From an uncultured Verrucomicrobiae bacterium (GTDB taxonomy: Bacteria; Verrucomicrobiota; Verrucomicrobiia; Chthoniobacterales; UBA10450): a stretch of DNA of 64,000 nt. Each line of letters starts with the position of its first letter. Within the stretch, counting starts at the first letter, position 1. Positions 31,842-42,066 of the stretch are shown one piece after another. The DNA lies in assembly GCA_963801815.1 (NCBI GenBank), contig CAWDGJ010000001.1:32001-96000 (forward strand). Reading direction: 5' to 3'. The notes beneath the pieces are model-generated. The model was given only the letters and a program-made list of their open reading frames with translations, made no database searches and had not been told where the DNA came from. A program made the translations under genes and the position numbers.

Positions 31842-34800
31842 TGGGTCCCTGGAGATATGGGCATTGTCACGGGGAATTGCCGGGCTCCGCCGCTAATCGG
31901 CACGTTTTTTCTACCGCCAGGCAGAGCTAATTGCTGCGTTTGGTTAGCAGCGGTAGAAGTGCGAGAACGAGTTGCCTGGCTTGGAACATTGATCTTTCCG
32001 CCTGGACCGGGAGTGGAGGCATTGAGCAATGAAAGCAGCTGCCCGGAATTGCTCACGTTAATCGTATTGCGTGTCGATTGCGCGCTTGCAACCGTTGTGG
32101 CTTTACTGGACGAGCTGGCATTCCCACCCGACGAGGTTTGATTACTCGCCGTGGTGCTGCTGGTGCTCGACGACGAAGTTGGAGAATTATTAAATGGCGG
32201 CGCGCTAGCGAGCGGCAGCGGGTGATGCGCGCCGTTGCCGGCAAACGTGCCTGTAGTAGATGCCGTTTCCGCCAGAGGTGCCGAGTAGTTGGCGATATTG
32301 GTATAGATGTTGGCCATGCCGCCGTTGCCTGCAATCGTGACAATCACGCCGTCTATTGATGGTATATCGTCTTAGCGGCCAGATCCATCTCCGTGCCGCT
32401 GCTCAGCGTGACGTTGGCAACAAACTTTCAGGAGCCCGTTGCTTCCGGGCGCATACAATTTGAGCAGGGTGTCCGCGGAAATCGTGTTACTGCCGCTGCC
32501 ACCGATAATCAGCGTCCCGTTTGTTCCAAAGACACCTGCTTTGATGATGTTGGCGTGAACGTCAGTGTTGGTAAATGTGATGGTGCCATTTCCATCAATG
32601 CTGCTGAGGAACGTTCCTCCTACATTATAAGTGCCGCCATTGAAATTGATCGCCGCGGATCCTCCGGGATCATTACCGAGAATCTGAATCGTGGCGTTGG
32701 TCACCCTGGCCGTGCCGTCGACATTCATATTGATGGTTGCGTCACCGCCGATCGAGCCGCCGGCATTATCGATTTCGGCGTCAAGACTGCCGCGGGTGGA
32801 AATGCCCGCAGCGGTGATCGTAATAGCAGCATCGGATCCGATCGTGCCACCGCTGCTGTTATTAATCTCCGCGTTTAGGTTACCGCTAGTAGCGGTTAGA
32901 TTCCCGCCGGTCGTGATGGAAATGTTCCCGCCCGTCCCGATCGAGCCGCCGTCGCTGTTAAAAATCTCCACAGCAAGGCCACCGCTACCGGTGGCTAGAT
33001 TCCCGCCGGTCGTGATGGAAATGTCCCCGCCCGTCCCGATCGAGCTGCCGCTGCTGGTGTTATCGATTGATGCGCCGACCGAGCCGGCGGTGAGTCCCCC
33101 GTCGACGGTTAGTGAAATATTTCCGCCCGTTGTGATGGCGCCCATCGAAATTGTCGATCACCAATGCTACGCTGGATGCGGTCATATTTCCGCCAACGTG
33201 GAAGGTGAGGTTCCCTCCGGTGCCGATTACGCTGTTATTAAAGTTAAAGAGGTCCGCATTGATCTGATCGGCGCTGAGATTGCCACCTACCGAGGCAGAA
33301 ATATTCCCGCCATTGGGGACCTCGGTGACACCCGCATTAGTCATCTGCAGGCTAAGGTCGCCGCCTGAAGCAAGCGTAAGGTCGCCACCAATAGTCATGC
33401 TGACATTGCCACCGTTCGTGAGCGGAGGACGATCGGTTCCCACTGGAGTAGAAAGCGTTAGGGTCACGCCTCCCGCAGTCGTGACGAGGTCGTTAGCAAC
33501 GGTTAAGGTCAGATTCTCGCCGTTGGTTACCTGTGCGGAGTTATCGAAGAAGAGCTCGAAATCCAAACTGCCGGCTGTCAGCGATCCGCCGCTGTTCACA
33601 TTGATGTTTCCTCCGACTCCCGTGGAGGTTCCTGAAGCGGCCCCGATAGATAGCGTAAAGGCTCCGCCAATCGTCATGTCTCCGCCGCTCTTCACGGAGA
33701 TGTTCCCGCCGTTATCAATGTTACTCGCATCAGTCGTAAGGCTTAAGTTGCCGCCGACCGATAGATCAGTGCCCGCGTTGAGCGTAATATTCAGGCCGGA
33801 GGTTTGACCGTCGTTTGTCTGTTCAATGTTCAGGCCGTTCGTGATATTAATCGCTTGGCCGGCAGAAATAGTTACATCGCCGTCTGAATTTGTCGCCGTC
33901 GCGCTCAGGGTTCCGCCGCTCCAGTTCAAGTTGTTCGCCGCGCTGAGCGAAAGGGTGACTGCATTTATCGTCACAGCGGTGTTCAGCCCGATATTCACGT
34001 CGCCGCCGCCTGTAATATCCAGGGTCTCACCCGTTAGGGTCGCACCGTCGATTGTGACGTCGCCATTGAGCGTCTGGATGGCAATGTTATTTGCGCTAAT
34101 GGTTGCGCCGTTGACAGTGAAATGTCCCCCCGATAGTGACTCGAAGTCATCGGTGACACTAATGTTCCCGTTCACGTTCGTGTTACCTTCGGAGAACAAA
34201 TGCACGACGCTCCCGCCCGAAATCGGGCTGGCCAGCGTCAGGTTCGAGTCAGCACCGCGGGCATAGAATTCAAGGTGATCGATCCCGGAAAATGAAATCT
34301 CGGGGCCAAGATTAATCGAACCGTTTCCGGTGATGAAACTAAGGCGTGTGATACCGGCAAAAGTGAGGGTTCCGCCTGACGGACCAGACGTAATGTCGCC
34401 GACACTGACCAGAGCGAGGTTCGTTGTGGCGCCACTTGGCACGATGACTGTCGGGTTACCTGCCAATTCGAGATTAGCGAACTTAAATACGGCAATGGGA
34501 AGGTTATTCTGTGGGCCGTTAAAGACCAACTGATCAAACGCCGTCGGCGCTTCTCCGAACAGAAACTCAGTCGGAAAACCATCCAGAGCAGTGCCGCGAT
34601 AAAGTGTCCCAAAATCCGTCACGCCGTTTGTGGTACTCGTCGGATCGGTTGTGATGGTTGTGCCGCTTGTGATCACGTACGGATCCGGCGAACTAATCGT
34701 CGGCGGCGGTCCAAACTCACTCGGCGGCCCGCTTGGAGGGGGCGTCGGACTCGAACTTGCCGCCGTAGTTTGAGAGATTACGTCCACGATGTTCTGTGAG

Positions 34801-35501
34801 GGAGGTGGACTTGGTGTCGCCAGCTGCTCTTCCACTTGTAAAATGAGCGGCAAATTCGCGAGATCAGGAAAATCGATCACGAGGTGCGATGTTTGCATCA
34901 CTTTTTTAACATCAAACTTCGTGGCAGCGAGTTGTCCGCCGCCCGACAAGGTCGCCATTTCGCCACCATGCAGCGTTACCGCTTCTTCTGGATGGCCAGC
35001 CGGATAGAAAGTACCAACGCCTTCCAGGACCATGAACTTTACTGGCGGGCCGCTTCCAAACATGGCGGTGCCGCCAGAGATAGCGGCTGAAGCGATACTG
35101 GAGATAATCTTGGCGGAAGCGGCTCCAGGCGGGACCTCCAGAAGGATAGATCCGTGGTCCACATTCAGTTGGCGAGCTTCCTGGTTAAGACTGAATACCG
35201 TGTTTTCGCCAAGACGTGTGATCGTCAGGTCGTTAAATGTCAGCTCTGCTCTTGATTGTCCGCCGGTTCGTACGGCCATTCCCAGCTTGACTTCATCGTT
35301 TAACGAAGCAGGACTCGCTGCCGCGTTTGACCGCAACAAACTTACGTCGTGAAAAACTTGAGAAACTCGTGCGCTTTGCAGTGATGACGCCCCGTCTGCC
35401 GCTGATAATGCGAATACGCATGCGGAAAGTGCCGAATAGCGAATCAATAACCGCCGCTTCAAAGCATACCTGTGCCCACGAGCCGTGTCTGCGGTTTTCA
35501 A
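31838..35501 (-). CDS. Large exported protein: FecR domain, Pro-rich linker, then Gly/Ser/Thr/Asn-rich beta-helix-like repeats (~1,200 aa once 2-3 frameshifts are joined)
   Basis: ORFs 33060-35501, 32372-33145 and 31838-32347 are compositionally continuous; VRTGGQSRAELTFNDLTITRLGENT; ~33-aa GG[ND]I[ST]xxxGGxL repeats. Confidence 0.78.
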
Positions 35502-36301
35502 GGTCGAACCTCCTCCGAAGGCCGAAGTATGGCTGAACCAGACTTGGGCGTCTTACCATTTGCGGGATCAACAACCGAAACTGCCGAGCCGCTTCCCGAA
35601 ATTACGAGGTTGGTTTCGATCAACTTGCTGCTCGATTTCTCTTCTTGCTGGCTCGCACTCGCGGCCGCTATTGACCGTTCGTTTTGAAGAGGCGCGAAGT
35701 TCCGAATGAGCGGGCAGGTGTTTACGAACCGCGCGATGTCGAAGTTGACCGGATCAGTCAGGGCGGCCGTAGCATTTCCGAAGATCATCTCGCCGCGATG
35801 AACAAGAACAGAATCGCCCAGCGTGGACGGCCGATATAATCGCGCTGTGCCTTCGAGAAGGAGGAATTTGAAGACCGTCGGCTGATACTCAAGCAATGCA
35901 GTGGCGTGACTAACTGCAGCCGATACTGCTCCGGCTTGCACCTTGCCTTTGGTATGCCCCGGAAACTGAAGCAAGACTGCACCATGCGACAATTCCAAAA
36001 CATTCTTGGACTTCAGCGTTAGGGCCGCATTCGCGCTCAAACGTGCGACCGCTTTGTTTTCGAAGGTAAGCTCAGCGCGCGAATCCACGCCCGTGATTAT
36101 TTCATTTCCTATCCTGACCGGATCGCCAACAGAAGCAGTCCGGCGCCCGGCGTCGTTCGTCACCAGATTCGCTTCTTTGACGATTGCGGTAATTCGGACT
36201 TCTTGAGAAGCGGCGCTTGCGACTGAAACCGGAAAGATCTGCGGAGTAAGAAGTAACCCCGTCAGCGCAAAACATCTGCGAATTCTCGGATTCGTAGCCA
36301 C
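35498..36301 (-). CDS. Exported FecR-domain protein
   Basis: Signal peptide; IITGVDSRAELTFENKAVARLSAN; stop overlaps the next start. Confidence 0.82.
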   Translation of the reverse strand: MATNPRIRRCFALTGLLLTPQIFPVSVASAASQEVRITAIVKEANLVTNDAGRRTASVGDPVRIGNEIITGVDSRAELTFENKAVARLSANAALTLKSKNVLELSHGAVLLQFPGHTKGKVQAGAVSAAVSHATALLEYQPTVFKFLLLEGTARLYRPSTLGDSVLVHRGEMIFGNATAALTDPVNFDIARFVNTCPLIRNFAPLQNERSIAAASASQQEEKSSSKLIETNLVISGSGSAVSVVDPANGKTPKSGSAILRPSEEVRP

Positions 36302-36949
36302 AAAAGGGATGCCTTTTTGGGGTTTGGATATTAATAAGTCAAGCTTAACCGTGCCGAGTGATACCCGGAGATCCAGAGCAAGCGTTTTGGTTCGGGACGT
36401 TATTTCTTGTATAAGATCAACAGTGTGTTTGACTTAAGCGTGTTCGGTTTCTCAAGGGGACACAGGACCGTTGCGTTGGACGATCTGGACTAACAGATGG
36501 TCCTTAGAGAGAACTTCAACGGTTTGCCGTGACGCTTTGCCACGACTTTATCTCTGTTCGTTAGGCGAGTCGGCGCGCCGATTACTCGCGCTCGAAGCGG
36601 TGGCACAACGGCTGCTATAATTTCTAGAATGCAGTCCAGCGAAGCAAACGATGTCCGAGTTCGAATAAGTTCTCGGGTTGCTAGAGAGCTTTCCAGTGAC
36701 GACTGCGCATTGATCGACACGCTGTGCGCGGTACATATGGATATCAACTCTTCCAGTTTTAGTTTTGATGACCGGATCGCTGAATTGCTCGGCGATTTTG
36801 GTCGTTGCCGCACAGTAACGCCTGGGTCTGAAGCAACCGCGATGGGTTGACGGCGAGCTGTTTGCTCCAGCACCTCGGATTCATCCAATTGCCCAGCTTC
36901 CTTACTTAGGACAATTCCCGTTTTCCCGCTTCGGAACGGCCCGGGATTC

Positions 36950-37639
36950 TCACGGAAATAAATTGTAACGTAGGATGGCGTAGATGGCGTGAAAGCCGTC
37001 TTTCCAATTCACTTTCTTGCCTTCGCTATAGGTGCGGCCGTTGTAGGAAATGCCAACCTCGTAAATGCGGCACTTCGCTTTCGCCAGCTTCGCGGTGACT
37101 TCCGGTTCGAAGCCAAAACGATCTTCGCGCAGATCGAGTTTTTTTATCACCTCGGCGCGAAAGGCTTTGTAGCACGTTTCGACATCGGTGAGGTTCAAGT
37201 TCGTAAACATGTTGGAAAGCAAGGTGAGAAACCGGTTGCCCATCATGTGCCAGAAATAAAGAACACGGTGCGGGCGGCCGCCCATGAATCGTGAACCGAA
37301 AACCGCGTCGGCTTTTCCGGAAACAATCGGTTCGAGCAAAGTGGGATAATCGGCCGGGTTGTATTCGAGGTCGGCATCCTGGACTAAAATCACGTCGCCG
37401 GTAGCGGCGGCGAATCCGGCGCGCAAGGCCGCGCCTTTTCCCATGTTGCGCGGCTGGTAAATGATCTGGTTCGCGAGCGAGGAGAGTTTTTCCCTCAGGA
37501 CCTGTTGGGTTCCGTCGGTCGACGCGTCGTCTACCACAATGATTTCAATTTCGCGGACTTCCGCTGCGCGCACTGCGGTGACCAGCTGCTCGACGGTATT
37601 GCGCTCATTATAGACCGGAATGACGACGGAAACTTTCAT
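36950..37639 (-). CDS. Glycosyltransferase family 2 (DPM1-like)
   Basis: [35 protein letters not shown]. Confidence 0.95.
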   Translation of the reverse strand: MKVSVVIPVYNERNTVEQLVTAVRAAEVREIEIIVVDDASTDGTQQVLREKLSSLANQIIYQPRNMGKGAALRAGFAAATGDVILVQDADLEYNPADYPTLLEPIVSGKADAVFGSRFMGGRPHRVLYFWHMMGNRFLTLLSNMFTNLNLTDVETCYKAFRAEVIKKLDLREDRFGFEPEVTAKLAKAKCRIYEVGISYNGRTYSEGKKVNWKDGFHAIYAILRYNLFP

Positions 37640-37849
37640 TGAGTTTGAAACCGCGGATTAGGCGGATTTAACGGATGAGAAAACACAAATCGGGAAACTG
37701 GGAAAGCAGGAATTGCGACGAGCTTTCATTTTTGGAGAAACCGTCAGTTCTCGAACCGCAGATTACGCGGATTTGAATGAATCAAAGACTTTCGGGGCGG
37801 GATGATGGCAGTGAAGAAGGGGACCAGGTAGCGACTTGAAAAGCATTGC

Positions 37850-37902
37850 AATTCCTACTTGACCAGTATAGATTCGGAATCTATAGTTGATTAGTAGGAA
37901 TT
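37850..37902 (+). promoter_or_regulatory. Sigma70 promoter overlapped by two inverted Rrf2-type operator boxes
   Basis: TTGACC(37859)-17 bp-TATAGT(37882); 53-bp dyad AATTCCTACT-N7-TATAGATTC-G-GAATCTATA-N7-AGTAGGAATT. Confidence 0.7.
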
Positions 37903-37905
37903 AAA

Positions 37906-38157
37906 ATGAAAACGATAATCTTACTGATTATGTTCGTTTCTGATGCCGGTTTGCCTTCTTTCGGGAGTCCCCCGCTTTGTTTTAGGTTCGCCTCCGTCCT
38001 TCTCGGCCTGTCAGTCAGCTTGGGCGCTCTGTTATGGGCGCTTCGCAACGCTCCGGAAGGATACGAAGACGAAAAGGGGTTTCATTTCAGCGAAACTCGC
38101 ACCGTTATCAGCGATTCACCCGGGATAGCCATGCTTCGCCCTCACAACGCTGGTTAA
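37906..38157 (+). CDS. Small membrane protein (APEGYEDxxGFH motif)
   Basis: TM segment then APEGYEDEKGFHF; first gene after the promoter. Confidence 0.55.
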   Translation: MKTIILLIMFVSDAGLPSFGSPPLCFRFASVLLGLSVSLGALLWALRNAPEGYEDEKGFHFSETRTVISDSPGIAMLRPHNAG

Positions 38158-38189
38158 TCAATCACCTTTTAGCCTGAAAGGCCTGACTC

Positions 38190-38759
38190 ATGAAACTTTC
38201 TAAACGTGGCGAATATGCGCTTCGCGCATTAATCGATCTTGGAATTGCGGCGAAACTGGGTTGGCCATTGCTGCAGACGACTCAGCTTGCGGCAAAAGAA
38301 CGAATGCCGATTAAGTTTCTCGAGCAAATCTTCACTCAGCTCAAAGCGGCGGGTTATGTGAAAAGCAAGCGCGGTAAACTCGGCGGCTATTCGCTGGCGA
38401 AGAAAATGGACAAAATTCGATTCGGCGCCGTGATCCGCCTGATTGATGGCCCACTCGCGCCCATTAAGTGCGTCAGCCAGACAGCTTACGAACGTTGCAC
38501 CTGCCCGGACGAGATTCACTGCGGTTTGCGAATGCTCATGCTCGATGTCCGCAATGCGATCGCCCGAATTCTCGATCGCTACACTTTGGAAGACATTGTT
38601 GAGATCACGTTGCGCAAGTTACGCCGCGACAAGGTGACGCCGCCTTTTCTTCCGCCGTCATTAGGGCTCAACTCCATTCTATCTTCCGCCAGCAATCGCC
38701 CTTCCCAGCGATCACAAAAAAGCGCCCCGGTATTGTCTCGCCTCCAAGGCAGAAACTGA
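38190..38759 (+). CDS. Rrf2-family transcriptional regulator
   Basis: MKLSKRGEYALRAL, FLEQI...SKRGKLGGYSL, Cys cluster C-x7-C-x-C-x5-C. Confidence 0.93.
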   Translation: MKLSKRGEYALRALIDLGIAAKLGWPLLQTTQLAAKERMPIKFLEQIFTQLKAAGYVKSKRGKLGGYSLAKKMDKIRFGAVIRLIDGPLAPIKCVSQTAYERCTCPDEIHCGLRMLMLDVRNAIARILDRYTLEDIVEITLRKLRRDKVTPPFLPPSLGLNSILSSASNRPSQRSQKSAPVLSRLQGRN

Positions 38760-38803
38760 CGCGAACTTCTAACTCCCTGCAGCCAACTACGTCACCAAAA
38801 ACT

Positions 38804-40447
38804 ATGAATACTAAACCTATTTTCATCAAAACGATCAGGACCCTCTTTGCCACAATGTTGATCGCGCTCCAATCACTCCAGGCCCAGAGTTCGTCGGAAT
38901 CAGAACGACTCGAAAAGCTGGAACGCGCCGTGGAACAGTTACAGCAGCGCAACACCGAACTCGAAGCCGAAGTGAAGAGTTTGAAAAAGGAGCGGGCAAT
39001 TGCTGCCGCTCCTGCGGGCCGCGAAAGCAAAGGAAAAGTTGTTTCCGACGGAAAGGGCTACGTCGAGAAATCCGTTCCAGTAGAAAACACAAGCGCCAGC
39101 AAATGGAAATTATCTACGCCAATTACCGAGCTGGAACTCTACGGTGATGCGCGGTTGCGATACGAATACCGCGGCGGCGAATCGGATGACGATTCGCCCG
39201 TGGCTGGCCGCGCGGCCGGCACAGCGGGTCGCAACGATTGGCAGGAACGCGACCGCGAACGTTATCGCATTCGTCTGGGGTTACGTGGGACATTGCTTGA
39301 CGATTGGTTTTTCGGAGTGCGATTGGAGACCAGTCAAAACCCGCGTTCGACCAATGTAACTTTCGGTGATGACACGTCCGGAAATTCGAACGCCAGCTTC
39401 AACGGGCCTTTCTCGAAAACGAGCGACGGAATCTCTGTCGGCCAGGCCTATATCGGTTATCGCGGTATTCCTGACATCACATTAACGGCGGGAAAGATGC
39501 CCAACCCACTCGTGAGCACGTTCATGGTCTGGGACCCGGACATCAATCCGGAAGGCCTCGCCGAACAATGGAAGCACACATTTAACATCGGCAGCACGGA
39601 AAGCGAGGCGTCGAAGTCCTACGCAAAGGACGGTAAGAATGTTGCCCCTGTAGTGTCGAAACCCGAGCCCCTTATCAAGCTCGATCTCTTTGCTAACTTC
39701 GCGCAATTTGTGTATGACGACGCGAATCCGGAAGATCCACTCGGACTGCGCGCCAACACCACCGCTAACGGCGGGCATCAGTCAATTCCGAACACGGACG
39801 CGTTCCTGTTGGCGTGGCAGGTTGGTGCCAAGCTTAATTTTCCGAAATCGATTTATTTTCAATTCGCCCCGACGATTTACAACTACACTGGCAACGGCGA
39901 CACATTCAACGTCCACTTTCAAGGCGGCGATCCCAAGCTGACCAACAGCGCGTCGCTGGCTCAAAATCAAACCGGGATCAACAGCTTGCTGGTATTCGAC
40001 GTGCCGATGGAACTCGGTTGGAAGGTCGACAAGTTGCCCATGCGCATCTTCGGAGATTTCGCCGTCAATCTAGATGGCGACGACCGAGCTAAGGCGGCGG
40101 GCCATCCGGGTCATGGCGATCAGCGCTATGCCTATCAGATTGGTGCCGGCATCGGACAACTGAAGAAGAAACATGATTGGCAGTTAAATGTCTTTTGGCA
40201 ACGCCAGGACCAGTACGCTCTCGACCCGAATCTGGTCGATACCGAGTTTTGGGACAGTAAACTGAACCTGCAAGGGATTGGCGCCACCGCGGGCTATATG
40301 TTGAGCGACGCAGTTTGGCTGAATTTCACTTACGGTTATGCCTGGCAAGCTAATGATGCGCTCGGAACGGGAGGCGGTGGCGATATCGCAATCAATCCCG
40401 TGAGTAACTTTCAACTGTTTCAAGCAGACTTGAACATTAAGTTTTAA
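38804..40447 (+). CDS. Putative porin (coiled-coil N-terminus plus beta-barrel)
   Basis: Signal, coiled coil, LYGDARLRYE...RERYRIRLG...VWDPDINPEG, C-terminal FQADLNIKF. Confidence 0.82.
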   Translation: MNTKPIFIKTIRTLFATMLIALQSLQAQSSSESERLEKLERAVEQLQQRNTELEAEVKSLKKERAIAAAPAGRESKGKVVSDGKGYVEKSVPVENTSASKWKLSTPITELELYGDARLRYEYRGGESDDDSPVAGRAAGTAGRNDWQERDRERYRIRLGLRGTLLDDWFFGVRLETSQNPRSTNVTFGDDTSGNSNASFNGPFSKTSDGISVGQAYIGYRGIPDITLTAGKMPNPLVSTFMVWDPDINPEGLAEQWKHTFNIGSTESEASKSYAKDGKNVAPVVSKPEPLIKLDLFANFAQFVYDDANPEDPLGLRANTTANGGHQSIPNTDAFLLAWQVGAKLNFPKSIYFQFAPTIYNYTGNGDTFNVHFQGGDPKLTNSASLAQNQTGINSLLVFDVPMELGWKVDKLPMRIFGDFAVNLDGDDRAKAAGHPGHGDQRYAYQIGAGIGQLKKKHDWQLNVFWQRQDQYALDPNLVDTEFWDSKLNLQGIGATAGYMLSDAVWLNFTYGYAWQANDALGTGGGGDIAINPVSNFQLFQADLNIKF

Positions 40448-40474
40448 ACGCCCTGCTCATCTCGACACATAATT

Positions 40475-41443
40475 ATGAAAACAAGGATATTGCTTTTCGC
40501 TTTCGTCACACTTGGCGTCGTGAGTCAAACTGTCCAAGCCGATGACAAAGTCTTAATCCGCTTCGGCCATTTCCCAAATATCACCCAGGCGCAAGGGGTC
40601 ATCGCGCATGCGCTTTCGCGGGAAGGGAAGGGATGGTTCGAGGAGCGCCTCGGACCGAACGTAGAGATTCAGTGGTTCACTTACAATGCCGGTCCTTCGG
40701 CGATGGAAGCCATTTTCGCCAAATCGCTGGACGTTACTTATGTTGGTCAAGGTCCTGCGCTGAATGCGCACTTCAAGTCGAATGGTGACGAGATTCGAGT
40801 CATCTCCGGCGCAGCCAACGGCGGTGCCGCACTTGTGATAAAATCAAACGGGACCATCCGGGTTCCGGCGGATTTTCGAGGAAAGAAGATTGCCACTCCC
40901 CAACTTGGCAATACTCAGGACATCTCCTGCCGCGCCTGGTTGAAGAATCAAGGATTCAAAGTCACTCAGTTGGGCGGCGAGGTGACGGTAATTCCAACAG
41001 CGAACTCCGATCAACTTTCGCTATTCGAAACCGGGAAGGTCGATGCCGTATGGACGGTTGAGCCATGGGTAACGCGACTTGAGCGCGAAGCTAACGGAAA
41101 AATCTTTCTGGAGGATTCTAACGTAATAACGACGTGGCTCGTCTCGAGCGCCGGATTCCTGAAAGATCACCGTGAACTCGCCTCTAAAATAGCGGCAGCT
41201 AACGCCGAATTGACGCAGTGGATCCAAGCGAATCCGGCGGAAGCGCAGAAGATCCTGATCCGGGAATTAAAAGAGGAAACGAGGTCCGACTTCACGGCGG
41301 ACGCGGTCGCCCAGGCTTGGAAACGGATCAAGTTCACAACGGAGGTTGCGCCGGACTTGGTCACAAAAGCCGTCCAAGACGGCAAGGACGCCGGCTTTCT
41401 TAAAGGCAATACCGACACGTCGCGTTTGATTGAACGGCTTTGA
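40475..41443 (+). CDS. Sulfonate/nitrate-type ABC substrate-binding protein (SsuA-like)
   Basis: GHFPNITQAQ, NAGPSAMEA, ATPQLGNTQD, WTVEPW. Confidence 0.88.
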   Translation: MKTRILLFAFVTLGVVSQTVQADDKVLIRFGHFPNITQAQGVIAHALSREGKGWFEERLGPNVEIQWFTYNAGPSAMEAIFAKSLDVTYVGQGPALNAHFKSNGDEIRVISGAANGGAALVIKSNGTIRVPADFRGKKIATPQLGNTQDISCRAWLKNQGFKVTQLGGEVTVIPTANSDQLSLFETGKVDAVWTVEPWVTRLEREANGKIFLEDSNVITTWLVSSAGFLKDHRELASKIAAANAELTQWIQANPAEAQKILIRELKEETRSDFTADAVAQAWKRIKFTTEVAPDLVTKAVQDGKDAGFLKGNTDTSRLIERL

Positions 41444-41490
41444 TTGTCCGGCGGACAGAAGCAGGCGTGAAAGGATTTTGTCCTACCGTC

Positions 41491-41779
41491 ATGACCGCTA
41501 AGAAAAAGCGGCAGCTGGTGGTTAGGCAGGAAGTTCGGATTGTTAACGAGCTCGGGCTCCATGCCCGGCCAGCGGCCGAGTTCGTGCGCATGGCTAATGT
41601 TTTTCGCTCGGAGATCTGGCTGGTGAAGGGAAAGCAAAAATTCTCAGCGACGAGTATCGTCGAGGTTTTGACCGCGGATCTTTGCTGCGGAGATATTGCT
41701 CGTCATTGAAGCCGACGGTTCCGATTCCGAGGATGCAGTAGCGCGGCTGGTCGAATTGATTCGCGGGTTAAGCGATTAA
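41491..41779 (+). CDS. ptsH: HPr-family phosphocarrier protein (frameshift ~41697)
   Basis: NELGLHARPAA (His15), ATSIVEVL (Ser46 region), continuation VIEADGSDSEDAVARL. Confidence 0.82.
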
Positions 41780-41805
41780 CCCAAGCCTGAGATCGAAAAG
41801 AAGAG

Positions 41806-41878
41806 TGCACCGTGCAGGGATCGAACCTGCGACCCAGTGATTAAGAGTCACTTGCTCTACCAGCTGAGCTAACGGTGC
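41806..41878 (-). tRNA. tRNA-Lys(CTT), CCA not encoded
   Basis: GCACCGTTAGCTCAGCTGGTAGAGCAAGTGACT-CTT-AATCACTGGGTCGCAGGTTCGATCCCTGCACGGTGCA cloverleaf. Confidence 0.96.
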
Positions 41879-42066
41879 GTTGAAATTGCCGATCTCCAAT
41901 TTAACAGAATTTTGGCAAGCGAGAAATCCCTCGCTGTTCCTGATTACTGGAAATTGGTAGCGCATTCGGTAGCACGGAATCGCTCTTTGTTCCAGCGATC
42001 ACCCGCCGGAAACATCCACAGGCGGCCTGAAAATCGACATCGGGTTAGATCGATATCTATTGCAGT

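Noticed and set aside
36488..36566. Possible second attC (GACTAAC...GTTAGGC)
   Set aside because: R'' is imperfect and no convincing L''/L' pairing was found.
36490..36888. 132-aa minus-strand ORF
   Set aside because: No recognisable motif, RBS or clear start; may be intergenic or decayed DNA.
41806..41878. Prophage or ICE integrated at tRNA-Lys
   Set aside because: No integrase, phage genes or duplicated tRNA 3' end were found in the window.
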